Assembly: GCA_919901565.1 (NCBI GenBank)
Contig: CAKKPE010000107.1
Coordinates: 7,091-71,090, forward strand
Direction: 5' to 3'
Source: a bacterium
GTDB taxonomy: Bacteria; CG2-30-53-67
DNA length: 64,000 nt
Shown one piece after another: positions 1 through 9,687 of the stretch (positions within the stretch are counted from its first letter, which is position 1; each line of letters starts with the position of its first letter). The notes under the pieces were generated by a model that saw only the letters and a program-made list of their open reading frames with translations, ran no database searches and was not told where the DNA came from. A program made the translations under genes and the position numbers.

Positions 1-1139
1 ACTGATGCGATCTCTCTCATGGGTCTGATGTCGGAAGAGACAATCATCTCACGGCCTTTAATTTCGATCCCTATGAAACCGTTTTCGGTACTTAGAAGCA
101 GATCCAGTTCAAGACCTGAGCGGGTTCTATAGAAAAATATCTCTACGTTCTTTTGCGCAGTCTTTATCCACTTGAAGATCTCATTGACAACCATTGTTTC
201 ATAAATTTCTCCTGAAAATTCTTCCCTCTGGCCGCTCAGCCGTCTTAAAAGTCCGACATCAAGCCAGTAGAGCTTCGGTGTCTTGATTACTGAACTGGTA
301 ATATTCTGATAATAAGGCTGAAGGAGCATGACCTGATATGAAAGACGGAGATATTCCAGATATCTGCGGGCAGTATCGACACTCACCGATGCATCCCGGG
401 CAAGCTCTGAATAATTTAAAAGCTTGCCGGAGCGCAATGCAGAGAGCCTCTGGAATTTCGTAAAAGGTTCAAGATCTTCCAGCCTTGCCAGATCGGACAG
501 ATCTCTTTCAAGATAGGTATATTCATAATCCTTCAACCACTTCCATTTCTCGTCATCAGATAAAGGAAGCAGCGCCGGCATACCACCCCATTTAAACATA
601 TAGTTTTCTGCAGTACGGGCCTTGCTGTCTTCCATGTCAAGGAGTACCGGCGGAACGTTTTCAAAGACCTCATCAAATGTTTTTTTGGAAAATAAGCTGT
701 CAAGAAGTGGGGGCTTTACCTCTGTCGCATTATCCTCTCCGTGAATCTCGCTCATAAGCAAAGGCCACAATTCAAATATGGCCACGCGTCCGGCCAGCGA
801 TTCCCGTATCTTTTTTAAAAGCAATATCTGGCTGGAACCCAGTATGAGACAGAAGGATATCCCCTTCTCATCGTAGGCATATTTTATTTTCTCGAAGATG
901 ACAGGCTCTTTCTGTGCCTCGTCAAGAACAGCATTGCCTACGGTTTTTGCCCAGACCGGCGTTGTTATTTTTCTGAGCATCTCTCGGTTTTCGGGCGCAT
1001 CCAGGTTGATATAACGCAACTCAGGATATTTTGCCCGTGCAAGGGTTGTCTTTCCTGTCTGCCTTGCTCCTGTCAGCAAAACCAGACTTCTCCTGTTTGA
1101 GGAGGGGATGTAAGCTGACAGGAATCTATATTTCTGCAT
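1..1139 (-). CDS. AAA+ ATPase of the DUF4143/COG1373 family; partial, C-terminus lies beyond the window start
   Basis: Minus-strand ATG at 1139 and an open frame to position 1. The translation starts MQKYRFLSAYIPSSNRRSLVLLTGARQTGKTTLAR, which is a Walker A motif, and the downstream DUF4143-type sequence follows. The six-frame track omits it because it is truncated at the window edge. Confidence 0.8.
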   Translation of the reverse strand, partial: MQKYRFLSAYIPSSNRRSLVLLTGARQTGKTTLARAKYPELRYINLDAPENREMLRKITTPVWAKTVGNAVLDEAQKEPVIFEKIKYAYDEKGISFCLILGSSQILLLKKIRESLAGRVAIFELWPLLMSEIHGEDNATEVKPPLLDSLFSKKTFDEVFENVPPVLLDMEDSKARTAENYMFKWGGMPALLPLSDDEKWKWLKDYEYTYLERDLSDLARLEDLEPFTKFQRLSALRSGKLLNYSELARDASVSVDTARRYLEYLRLSYQVMLLQPYYQNITSSVIKTPKLYWLDVGLLRRLSGQREEFSGEIYETMVVNEIFKWIKTAQKNVEIFFYRTRSGLELDLLLSTENGFIGIEIKGREMIVSSDIRPMREIAS

Positions 1140-1227
1140 ATTTAAGCTCCATGTCGTATAATATACAGTTAAATTTACGACCAAGCAAGTAATTTTATAT
1201 TTTAGGGTTTTTGAGAAAGAGAACGCT

Positions 1228-1865
1228 TCTTGGGACGTTGTTTCTAACAATGCTTTTTCTTGACAGGCCCTTGGAGCGGACACCGAGCCATTATCGGGAA
1301 TATCGGGAAGGCATCGTACTCTTGGATGGACACCGAGCACCTCCTCAGTGAGTTCGGTAGTACCAGGCACCAGGCCATAGCGGAATACCGGAAGTTCATC
1401 CAGGAAGGGATAGGGATAGGTCAAGGTGCAGAATTCACCGGCGGAGGCCTCCTGCGGAGCCAAGGCTGGTCTCAGGTTCTTGCGATGCGCCGGAGAGGAC
1501 AGAAAGAACAATACGACGAGCGCATATTGGGAGGCGCCGACTTTGTCAACAAGATACTCAAGGACGCCGAAGAGCGGCAGCTCCGGCAGACCAAGCTCAG
1601 GCGAAGCGGCAGAACTATAGAGAAAATTATTGATGAAGAATGCAATGGCCGTCAGATCAGCGTTAAGGAACTCAAGGCCGGCTGCAAGCGATGAGGTGTA
1701 AGCGATATGCGGGCCACGATAGCCTATCGATGTCGAGAGGAATGGGGCTATGTGCAGCGGAGATCGCAAGGCACTTGGGTGTTAACACATCCTGCATTGT
1801 CCGGGCGATAGAACGGGCAATGCAGGGGAGATAGTAAAAGCATGATTAGAAACAACGTCCCATGG
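1228..1865. mobile_element. Decayed IS200/RAYT-like (COG1943-family) element bounded by imperfect inverted repeats of about 20 bp
   Basis: gggacgttgtttctaa at 1232-1247 is the reverse complement of ttagaaacaacgtccc at 1846-1861, and the flanking bases extend the match. The interior encodes only a transposase C-terminal fragment. gtcccatggga is duplicated directly at 1857-1882. Confidence 0.5.
1260..1850 (+). pseudogene. Transposase-family fragment (Y1-transposase-associated C-terminal region with a DnaA-C-like HTH); no catalytic N-terminus and a disrupted 3' end
   Basis: ORF 1260..1694 (…SGHRAIIGN…EYRKFIQEG…ILGGADFVNKIL…) resembles the post-catalytic region of IS200-like or RAYT proteins that carry a DnaA-type HTH. 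The HTH-like sequence (RATIAYRCREEWGYVQRRSQGTWVLTHPALSG) continues after a stop or frameshift. Confidence 0.4.
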
Positions 1866-1895
1866 GAAGGTGTCCCATGGGAAAGTGCGTCCCTC

Positions 1896-2620
1896 CTATA
1901 GTCCCGATCCTCTCTGTATCTTGTCGAATACCCAGTCCCAGAACTCGATGCGTCCTATTCCTATGGGATCCAGTCTGAGTTGGTCCTTGATGCGTGGCCA
2001 GGCTTCAAGGAAAGCCTTAGGGCTGATGAACCGCGTGAATACGTCCCAGAAAGAAGCCCGCGACAAAAGCCTGGCAACAGACCAGGCAAACCTCTCATCC
2101 GATGGATCTCTCAGGATTTCTCTGAACTCGTCGTCCGAAATTGTTACATCCCAGGTCAGGTATCCCACGATTTCAGCCCTTCTTCAAATATCTCCGATGC
2201 TATTTCCTTGAGCCTGCCGTAAATGACATCCTCAGAATCGCTTACTTTTAGAATGGTCCCGCCTTCCGCGATCTGTTTCCTGGCAGAATCCCACATGCCG
2301 GAGAAAGGATCCTCGAGAAAATCGAGCTTAATCTCCTGGTCCATAACGCATACGTAAGACACCGCTCTCAGCAACCCCGGCTTGTCCGTTGTTCCGATCT
2401 GACGGCATTTCAGGTTCTTGCTCCTCAGCGCGTTGATGACTTTCTCGACAGCCGGAAAATCAAATTCAAAGCCGGTAAAATAGAAGTCCAGGTCTTCCGA
2501 GACTCGGTGGTACAGATAGAACCTGGACAAACCCGTCCCTCCGGAAAGCACAAACGGGAAGAATGCCATAGTTGAAACTTCTTTGAGTATCTTGTCCTGG
2601 TCCTGGTAAACTGGGATCAT
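1896..2620 (-). pseudogene. AbiEii-type nucleotidyltransferase toxin (type IV TA / abortive infection), frameshifted into two ORFs
   Basis: ORF 2156..2620 carries FPFVLSGGTGLSRFYLYHRVSEDLDFYF, the AbiEii GGTAL…SEDLDF signature. ORF 1896..2168 continues the same gene after a frameshift near 2156-2168. A short antitoxin-like remnant lies upstream at 2623-2770. Confidence 0.55.
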
Positions 2621-2932
2621 TATTGTTAATAACCTATGTGGAGTCGTGGTATTACCGAAAATGTTTCATGACCTCCTTGTATGCCTTTTCATCCAGTTGG
2701 AAGCCTGGCTTGACGACATGGACCGGAATTTCCCGTTTCTTTGAATAGTATGGTTGATTCTATATTCTAACTGTCATATTGTCAACACGAACTGCAGCGA
2801 GGTTTTTCTTCAGGCAAAAAAATAACTGCAGGAGATGATGTGGGTGAGCCAGGCCCGCACGCTCTCCTGCAGTCAAGTGGTAAAACCACTCACTTGTGGG
2901 GTACCCTTGCGATACCCCTGGGGGAATGGGGG

Positions 2933-3157
2933 TTATGCAACGTTTATGTTTTCGCGCTCTACCAGTTCATCCAGTCCGAGGAAGACCACCTTGGAGCAGA
3001 TGGGGCATTTATAGTAGACATCAAAAAAGATGGCCCCGCCTTCATCACGATTTAAAGGAAGAAACCGGGTATCATCTCTGAACATCCTGGAACCGCATTT
3101 GCCGCAGTGCATGAGGTAACCTCCCTTTCTCTGAACCAGATCCATGGTTTTTGTCAA
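2933..3157 (-). CDS. Small zinc-ribbon protein (two CxxC pairs)
   Basis: 74 aa with CGKCGS…CPICS. No upstream gene in the same orientation. Coding status is uncertain. Confidence 0.3.
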   Translation of the reverse strand: MTKTMDLVQRKGGYLMHCGKCGSRMFRDDTRFLPLNRDEGGAIFFDVYYKCPICSKVVFLGLDELVERENINVA

Positions 3158-3622
3158 GACCCAAATACAATCTACAGGGTGTTATAGCAAATCGTATGCC
3201 AGTTTTTGTCTCTGGCCTGTTCCGCTCGAGTCATAAGGAGAGGCAGCTTCCTTCAAGTTACAATATATTGAGTAATTGAAATCGGTTAGTACAACCTGTA
3301 CAGATTTGTCCGGTGCAAATAATTTTATTTTTTTCACCGGTATGCATAAAAAGTCAGGCGGGTTACCTAAAAAAGACCCCAAAACGCGGTCTATATGGAT
3401 CGATTCGGTCAATAAAGACCGTTACTTTTTTGTCAATGACAAAATTTTGAGCCCGGTCTTCTGACAGAGCCCCGGCCCCGGTTCCCATTCCGGGGTGTAA
3501 CGGGGCGCACAGGATGCGGCATAAGAAAATTGTGAAGAACGGTAAGATTCATGTATAATTAAAATGTCTGCTTAACATTCTTAATCAGTTGATATGTAAA
3601 ACTGTATTCTGAAGCGGGTCAT

Positions 3623-5068
3623 ATGCCTGACGTAATCATCATAGGAGCCGGACCTGCAGGGATTTTCGCTGCAATGACCCTGCTTGACCGGGGCATCAGC
3701 GACATCCTCCTGCTCGAACGGGGAAGTGATATTGAAAAAAGGCGTTGCCCTGCCCGGGAAAACAATGGACATTGCCTCCATTGTACGCCCTGTTCCATCC
3801 TCACGGGGTGGGGCGGTGCCGGAGCGTTCAGCGACGGGAAGCTGACCCTGACGACCGAGGTAGGCGGGTTCCTTGGCGAACTGGTCCCAAAGTCTGAACT
3901 TGAAAAGCTGATCCGGATGGCCGATCAGCGGTTCATGGACTATGGGGCTCCTGCGGAAATCTACGGCGGGTCAACCCGGGAGACCCGAAGGATCAAGGCC
4001 CTGGCCAAAAGGGCGGAGATGGCGCTGGTCGAGATGGAGGTCCGGCACCTGGGGACTGAGAATTGCTACCAGGTTTTAAAGCGGATCCGCAAGGATCTGG
4101 AGGGTCGTCTTGAGATCAGGACTGAAACCCAGGTCAAAAGCATCCGGGTGAAAGATGGCACGGTGAAAGGTGTGGAGACCGAGGACGGGGAATTCATTTC
4201 CGCTAAATTTGTGGTTTCCGCTCCGGGCCGGGTCGGGGCAGACTGGATGAGAGGGGAGTCCAGGCGCCTGGGCCTTGCGGCCATTCCGAGTCCTGTGGAC
4301 ATCGGCCTCCGGGTGGAACTCCCGGCCGCGGTTCTGGAGGAACTCACGTCCGCAACCTATGAATCCAAGCTGATTTACTATTCAAAGACCTTTGATGACA
4401 AGGTCCGGACCTTCTGCATGAACCCTTATGGAGAGGTGGTCACCGAATATACTGGTGACATCATGACCGTGAACGGTCACTCCTATGCTGAAAAGAAGAC
4501 CGATAATACCAACTTCGCCCTGCTGGTCTCCACCATATTCACCGAGCCTTTTGATGATCCCATTGCCTATGGAAGGTATATCAGCCGTCTTGCAAACCTT
4601 CTGGGGAAAGGGGTGATCGTCCAGAGGCTGGGGGACCTGCTCAACGGCCGCCGGTCCACACCTGATCGTATTGCCCACTCATCGGTCCGCCCCACGCTGG
4701 AAAGCGCCACGCCGGGCGACCTCAGTTTTGTCCTGCCTTACCGGTACCTCAAGGATATCACGGAGATGCTTGAGGCCATGAACCAGATCGCTCCTGGGGT
4801 GAACTCTCGGCACACGCTCCTCTACGGTGTGGAGGTCAAGTTCTACTCCCACCGGATCGAGGTGGATCGGAACATGGAGACGAGGATCAAAAATCTCTTT
4901 GTGGTGGGGGACGGCGCCGGCATTACCCGAGGGCTGATCCAGGCCTCGGCCAGCGGCATCCTCGCCGGAGAGGCCATCTCAGAGGGGCTCTCTGGAAAAA
5001 CCAAAGGTAAAAAGTCCGGCAGCGGACGGCTGGTCAGGGAATATCGTTGTCCATTACCGACGGATTAG
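3623..5068 (+). CDS. FAD-dependent dehydrogenase (NAD(FAD)-utilising, COG2509-like)
   Basis: N-terminal IIIGAGPAGIFAA dinucleotide-binding motif, 481 aa, and a C-terminal GDGAGITRG motif. A GGAG-type ribosome-binding site precedes the ATG. Confidence 0.85.
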   Translation: MPDVIIIGAGPAGIFAAMTLLDRGISDILLLERGSDIEKRRCPARENNGHCLHCTPCSILTGWGGAGAFSDGKLTLTTEVGGFLGELVPKSELEKLIRMADQRFMDYGAPAEIYGGSTRETRRIKALAKRAEMALVEMEVRHLGTENCYQVLKRIRKDLEGRLEIRTETQVKSIRVKDGTVKGVETEDGEFISAKFVVSAPGRVGADWMRGESRRLGLAAIPSPVDIGLRVELPAAVLEELTSATYESKLIYYSKTFDDKVRTFCMNPYGEVVTEYTGDIMTVNGHSYAEKKTDNTNFALLVSTIFTEPFDDPIAYGRYISRLANLLGKGVIVQRLGDLLNGRRSTPDRIAHSSVRPTLESATPGDLSFVLPYRYLKDITEMLEAMNQIAPGVNSRHTLLYGVEVKFYSHRIEVDRNMETRIKNLFVVGDGAGITRGLIQASASGILAGEAISEGLSGKTKGKKSGSGRLVREYRCPLPTD

Positions 5069-5108
5069 AGTATTATGAATGAAAATGTGAAGGGAGGGGA
5101 ATGCCGCC

Positions 5109-5825
5109 ATGCTGGGCAGAGAGATCAGGGGCAGGGTATCCGGGTTGCTGCTGTTTGCTTTTTTTCTTTTGTTCCACCTTCGGTATCTCGTCCAGAGATG
5201 GCATCTATTCGATCGGGTGGCCAGGCTGAACAGCCTGCTGATCACATTGACCATTATATTATTCCTGTCCGCGTATCTGATCCGGAAAAGGGCGGTTGAG
5301 TTTCCCCATGGATTTATGGAAACGGGATATCCCCTTGTGTGCGCGGCCCTTCCGCTCATCATTTATCACAATGTGGAGATATTGCATTACATCTCCACGG
5401 ACAGCCGGATTTACAGTCCTCTGAGCAGGTTTCTGGGTTTATACAGGCACCACCTGCTGGGATGGAATCTCTGCTCGATGACGCTGATCATCGCCGGCAA
5501 TCTGATCACGCTATCGGGCATGGTCTTTCTGAAGCGGTCTTTCAGTATCATGGTCGAGGCCAGGGCGCCTGTGTATCGCGGGATATACGCCTATATACGG
5601 CATCCCCTCTACCTCGGCGAAATTGTTGCGACGGTGGGGGTCCTCATATTCAGGTTCTCAATCATCAATATCATTCTGACCCTGCTTTTTGTTTTAGGCC
5701 AGAGAATCAGGGCAGGCATTGAAGAGAAAAAGCTTATTCATGCTTTTCCTGAGTATCTTGAATACAGAAGAAAGACAGGCGGGTTTTCCCCTAAGTGGCC
5801 CTATTACGATAATAGGGCCACTTAG
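5109..5825 (+). CDS. Isoprenylcysteine carboxyl methyltransferase / phospholipid methyltransferase family membrane protein
   Basis: Multi-pass hydrophobic profile with the RHPLYLGEIVATVGVLIFRFS motif typical of ICMT/PEMT. The last 12 codons are supplied by the palindrome at 5797-5829. Confidence 0.7.
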   Translation: MLGREIRGRVSGLLLFAFFLLFHLRYLVQRWHLFDRVARLNSLLITLTIILFLSAYLIRKRAVEFPHGFMETGYPLVCAALPLIIYHNVEILHYISTDSRIYSPLSRFLGLYRHHLLGWNLCSMTLIIAGNLITLSGMVFLKRSFSIMVEARAPVYRGIYAYIRHPLYLGEIVATVGVLIFRFSIINIILTLLFVLGQRIRAGIEEKKLIHAFPEYLEYRRKTGGFSPKWPYYDNRAT

Positions 5826-5829
5826 TTTG
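5797..5829. repeat. Perfect 13-bp-stem palindrome AAGTGGCCCTATT-acgat-AATAGGGCCACTT; short member of a palindromic element family
   Basis: Read directly. The same AAGTGGCCCTATT…CCACTTAG termini bound the long palindrome at 27864-28027. Confidence 0.7.
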
Positions 5830-5830
5830 G

Positions 5831-8083
5831 TTAATTGTCTGTAATGCTTACCTTGTTCATGATCACATCAGACAAAGGTTTATCGTTGGTGTCGGTATCC
5901 ACGAGGCCGATGGCCTGTACCACGTCCATGCCTTCCACTTCCACCACACGTCCGAAGACCGTATGGACGCCGTCCAGCCAGGGTGTTGCAGCCAGTGTGA
6001 TAAAGAACTGGCTGCCGCCCGTATTGGGCCCGGAGTTGGCCATGGAGAGAATGCCGGGCCCATCGTGTTTCAAAAGAAGATTGCCTGAATCGTCTTTTGG
6101 GAACTCGTCAATGATCTTGTATCCGGGGCCTCCGGTCCCGTTCCCATTGGGGTCGCCTCCCTGAATCATGAAATTTTCGATCACACGATGGAAAATCAAC
6201 TCATCGTAGTACCCGGTTTGCGCCAAATGGATGAAGTTCCTTGTGGTCAGAGGGACGAGGTCTTCAAAGAGCTCAAGCTTGACCGTGCCGTAGTTTGTTT
6301 CGATAACGGCAAACCGGTTGGGCGGAAGGCTGTCCGGCACGAAGTCGCCATCTGTATCTATGGCCGTACGTTCATCCAGCGGGAAAGGATCATCCGCATC
6401 CATGACCCCATCACCATCATCGTCAGGATCAACGTCGTTATTCTTCCCGTCGTTATCGGTATCCAGAGAGCGAGAAACACCATCATCCGTCTTGTCCGTG
6501 TCATCCGTGATCCCATCATAGTCGTCGTCGAGATCGGCATTGTTCCCGATCCCGTCCCCGTCGGTATCAAGACTTTCAGCCGGGTCGAGCGGGAAGGCAT
6601 CGTCCGCATCCAATACGCCGTCATTGTCGTCATCCGTATCGGCGTTGTTTCCGATGCCGTCCCCGTCGGTATCCAGACTTTCAGTCGGGTCCAGGGGGAA
6701 GGCATCGTCCGCATCCAATACGCCGTCATTGTCGTCATCAGGGTCCAAGATATTATCTATACCGTCATTGTCCGTATCGAGCGGGTAAATGTCAGTTATG
6801 TCCGGTATTCCATCTCCGTCGTCATCGAGGTCGGCGTTGTTCCCGATGCCGTCGCTGTCGGTATCCAGACTTTCAGCCGGGTCCAGCGGGAAGGCATCGG
6901 CTGCATCCAATACGCCGTCATTGTCGTCATCCGTATCGGCGTTGTTTCCGATGCCGTCTTTATCCGTATCCAAGCTCTCAGACGGATCCTGGGGGAAGGC
7001 ATCTTTGCTGTCCATAATTCCGTCTCCGTCGCTGTCAGGCCCTGTCTCAATCTTTACAAGATGAACGCCCTTGTCAGAGTCTGCCGTAACCAATCTGTCT
7101 CCGTCAACCAGCAGATCTATACAAGACCCTGGCGTATCCAGGCGGGCAGCAAAGGATGGCGCTGTGATATCTTTTATGTTTACGGCCTGAATGCCATTGC
7201 TGCCGTTGGCAATATACGCGTAATCGCCCTGAATTTTTATCTTGTAGGAATACTGGCTATTGGGATTAGAAGCATTATCCGTAAACGCGAGTGAAGATAC
7301 AAACGATGGATAAGTGCTTTTGATATTGTATATGGAAAGCCCGCTCCCTTGCCCTGCCATAAGGAGGTAGTCTCCATATTTTTCCAAAGTTGATATATTG
7401 TACCCGATATCGATTTGCTGAATGATTTGCGTGTAGGCCGGTTCGGAGATCGATATCATATCCAGGCCATTATCATTGGCTGCGACATAAGCCCCGTTGT
7501 TTGATAGAGCCGACTGCAAGAAAGCACTGTTTCCCTGAATCTGTCCCAGAAGGACCGGCGCCGTTGGAGCACTGATGTCGAGTATACTGAAAGAGTTCAT
7601 TCCGCTTATATATAGAGTATTCCCCTCGATGGAGAGATAATTTATGCTATCCGTGTTGAAAGAGGATACCATGATAGGGGAGCTTGGATTGGATATATCA
7701 ATGACCAGCAATCCATCAGAAGCTGTACCCAAATACAGATAGTTCCCTGATTTGGCTAAAGCAACGGCTTCACCGGTATTGATTTTAAGGGATCCGATCT
7801 CTTCTAATTTTGAGTTATTTGAAATTTTCAGGACAAGCAGTCCGGCGGAACCATCAGCCACGTAGATGTAGTTCCCGTCCTTCAGCAGGGAATAACTTGC
7901 ACCGGATGTATCGTAGGTGTCCAGAATTGAAAGGGCCATGACTTGGTTCGGCTCCGATGCTTCGGCAACGGTTGTAGGGGCATTGGATGAGCCTCCACCG
8001 CCACCGGAACAGCCGAGCATGAAAAGGGCGATAGATGTTAAAAGCCATGCGCTGAGGCTGAGTTTCGTTAAATAATTGCGCAT
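5831..8083 (-). CDS. Lipoprotein with LVIVD beta-propeller repeats, thrombospondin type-3 calcium-binding repeats and a C-terminal cyclophilin-type peptidyl-prolyl isomerase domain
   Basis: Lipobox [11 protein letters not shown]. Repeated GxYxY/LVxD blades. More than 12 DxDxDGxxDxxD TSP3 units. The C-terminus has [15 protein letters not shown]…[15 protein letters not shown]…VFGRVVEGMDVV, a cyclophilin motif. Confidence 0.8.
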   Translation of the reverse strand: MRNYLTKLSLSAWLLTSIALFMLGCSGGGGGSSNAPTTVAEASEPNQVMALSILDTYDTSGASYSLLKDGNYIYVADGSAGLLVLKISNNSKLEEIGSLKINTGEAVALAKSGNYLYLGTASDGLLVIDISNPSSPIMVSSFNTDSINYLSIEGNTLYISGMNSFSILDISAPTAPVLLGQIQGNSAFLQSALSNNGAYVAANDNGLDMISISEPAYTQIIQQIDIGYNISTLEKYGDYLLMAGQGSGLSIYNIKSTYPSFVSSLAFTDNASNPNSQYSYKIKIQGDYAYIANGSNGIQAVNIKDITAPSFAARLDTPGSCIDLLVDGDRLVTADSDKGVHLVKIETGPDSDGDGIMDSKDAFPQDPSESLDTDKDGIGNNADTDDDNDGVLDAADAFPLDPAESLDTDSDGIGNNADLDDDGDGIPDITDIYPLDTDNDGIDNILDPDDDNDGVLDADDAFPLDPTESLDTDGDGIGNNADTDDDNDGVLDADDAFPLDPAESLDTDGDGIGNNADLDDDYDGITDDTDKTDDGVSRSLDTDNDGKNNDVDPDDDGDGVMDADDPFPLDERTAIDTDGDFVPDSLPPNRFAVIETNYGTVKLELFEDLVPLTTRNFIHLAQTGYYDELIFHRVIENFMIQGGDPNGNGTGGPGYKIIDEFPKDDSGNLLLKHDGPGILSMANSGPNTGGSQFFITLAATPWLDGVHTVFGRVVEVEGMDVVQAIGLVDTDTNDKPLSDVIMNKVSITDN
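6330..7060. repeat. Tandem, near-identical DNA repeats encoding the TSP3 units
   Basis: Blocks such as ccgtcggtatccagactttcag…gggtccag recur every 90-130 bp. The antisense ORFs are correspondingly repetitive. Confidence 0.65.
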
Positions 8084-8441
8084 GAGAGATCTCCTTATTT
8101 TTTGTTTATTTCCTGTTTATAAAAATCACTTGGATTTTATGCAAGAACTATACCATCACGCCCGCATTGCCCAATCCGGCTGAAATAATTTTAATTAGGA
8201 TGTATCTATCTGTTTTTATTCGGGTATCATATTTTGCCAGTCGTTTGATCATATAGGGTATGAATAGCCTTGTGTGAAAAAGTTTTCCATTAATCGGAAA
8301 AAAAATTCCATTTATAGGAAAACTTTTTCCTATTCTTGTCTTTTCTTTAAATAGTCAAAATACAGATTGGGCAGTAGGAGGCAGCCAACATCATGGGGTC
8401 TCTGGGTCTGGTTTCATTTCCAAGCTGGTTTATATATAAGG

Positions 8442-9671
8442 TTATATCTCCCCGAACCTCTTCTTGAACGCATCGGGACTCATCTTTGCGGTTTGGGCGA
8501 GACGCGATAAGCGGTCTCCCCGGAAGTCCTCGGGATCCAGCCGGATCATGTAGCGCCGGGCCGTCTGGTAGATTTCGGAGTGCACGTCCACGGTCCGGAT
8601 CCGGGTCTTCCCGGTCTTGGGGTCCATGAGTTCAGTAAAGGGGATGGGGGTGGTCTTGCCGTCCTTGAACAGGACCATGGCGCCGGAGCCTCCCTCCAGG
8701 AGAAAACGCACCGCGCTGTATCCAAGGTTCCTCGTGTATTGCCGGTCAAATGCGGTCGGCGGGCTGCAGCGGAGCTCATAGCCGATGTCCTTGGCCACGA
8801 TGGTGGTTTTGATCCCCATCTCCTTGAGCTCCTTGGCAACTTCATTCTTGAGGATGGTCCCGAAGGGGATCTCGGCCAGGCGAATGTTGCCGTGTTCATC
8901 CCTGGGGGCATCCTTTACCAAGGAGAACGATTTAGGGTCAAGACGCGCAGCAACCCCTTCCGCAATCACGGCCACGCCATGGTCCTTGCCCATGGAGAGC
9001 CGCTTGATGATCGCGCCTTCCAGAATGTTCAAGACCTTGCGCAGGGAATAGGTCTTGCCCAGTTCCTCGGGGATCAGGGTCATGGTCGCTCCGGCGCCGG
9101 TCCCCATGCCCAGGGCCAGGAATCCTGCGGACCTTCCCATGGCGATCACAAAGTACCATCGTGCGGCGGTCCTGGCATCCTCCATGAGGTTTTCGACCAG
9201 TTTTGTCCCCAGTTCCCGGGCCGTTTCATATCCGAAGGTCGGTACGCCAGGCGGGAGGGGGAGGTCGTTGTCAATAGTCTTGGGCACATGGCAGACCGAG
9301 ATCCTTCCTTTGGCTTCCTTTTCCACCTGACTCGAGGTATAGGCCGTATCATCCCCGCCGATGGTCACCAGGTATCGGACCTTGAGGTCACTGAGCGCCC
9401 GGATCACGTTGGCCATTTTTTCAGGGCTCTTGGTCGGGTTTTCCCTGGATGTCCGGATGATGGATCCGCCTTTGAGATGGATCCTCGAGATATGGCCCAG
9501 ATTCAGGGGAAGGACGTGGGAGGTATCGCCTTGGGAGAGCCACTTGAAACCGTCCAGGATACCGAGCACGGTTTTGCCCTGGTTGATCGCCTCGATGCCG
9601 GCCGCGCTGATGACGCCGTTGATCCCGGGCGCCGGGCCGCCGCCTACGACAATGGCTAATGTCTCACTCAT
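8442..9671 (-). CDS. 6-phosphofructokinase, probably pyrophosphate-dependent (GGDD and PKTIDND signature)
   Basis: MSETLAIVVGGGPAPGINGV N-terminus with IGGDDTA. GGAG ribosome-binding site before the ATG at 9671. The MQVQVQV extension shown in the ORF track is an artefact of the upstream hexanucleotide repeat. Confidence 0.85.
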   Translation of the reverse strand: MSETLAIVVGGGPAPGINGVISAAGIEAINQGKTVLGILDGFKWLSQGDTSHVLPLNLGHISRIHLKGGSIIRTSRENPTKSPEKMANVIRALSDLKVRYLVTIGGDDTAYTSSQVEKEAKGRISVCHVPKTIDNDLPLPPGVPTFGYETARELGTKLVENLMEDARTAARWYFVIAMGRSAGFLALGMGTGAGATMTLIPEELGKTYSLRKVLNILEGAIIKRLSMGKDHGVAVIAEGVAARLDPKSFSLVKDAPRDEHGNIRLAEIPFGTILKNEVAKELKEMGIKTTIVAKDIGYELRCSPPTAFDRQYTRNLGYSAVRFLLEGGSGAMVLFKDGKTTPIPFTELMDPKTGKTRIRTVDVHSEIYQTARRYMIRLDPEDFRGDRLSRLAQTAKMSPDAFKKRFGEI

Positions 9672-9687
9672 GTTTTTCTCCCATTGT

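Noticed and set aside
3182-3464. 76-aa minus-strand and 62-aa plus-strand ORFs
   Set aside because: Short and mutually overlapping, no ribosome-binding site, in a structured non-coding leader region.
6188-7294. 368-aa plus-strand ORF, plus several 60-130-aa ORFs at 6318-7064
   Set aside because: Antisense to the TSP3-repeat region of the lipoprotein gene. The repetitive, stop-poor DNA generates long spurious frames on both strands.
8580-9659. 359-aa plus-strand ORF
   Set aside because: Entirely antisense to the well-supported pfk gene. Pro/Gly/Arg-rich composition is typical of GC-rich antisense frames.
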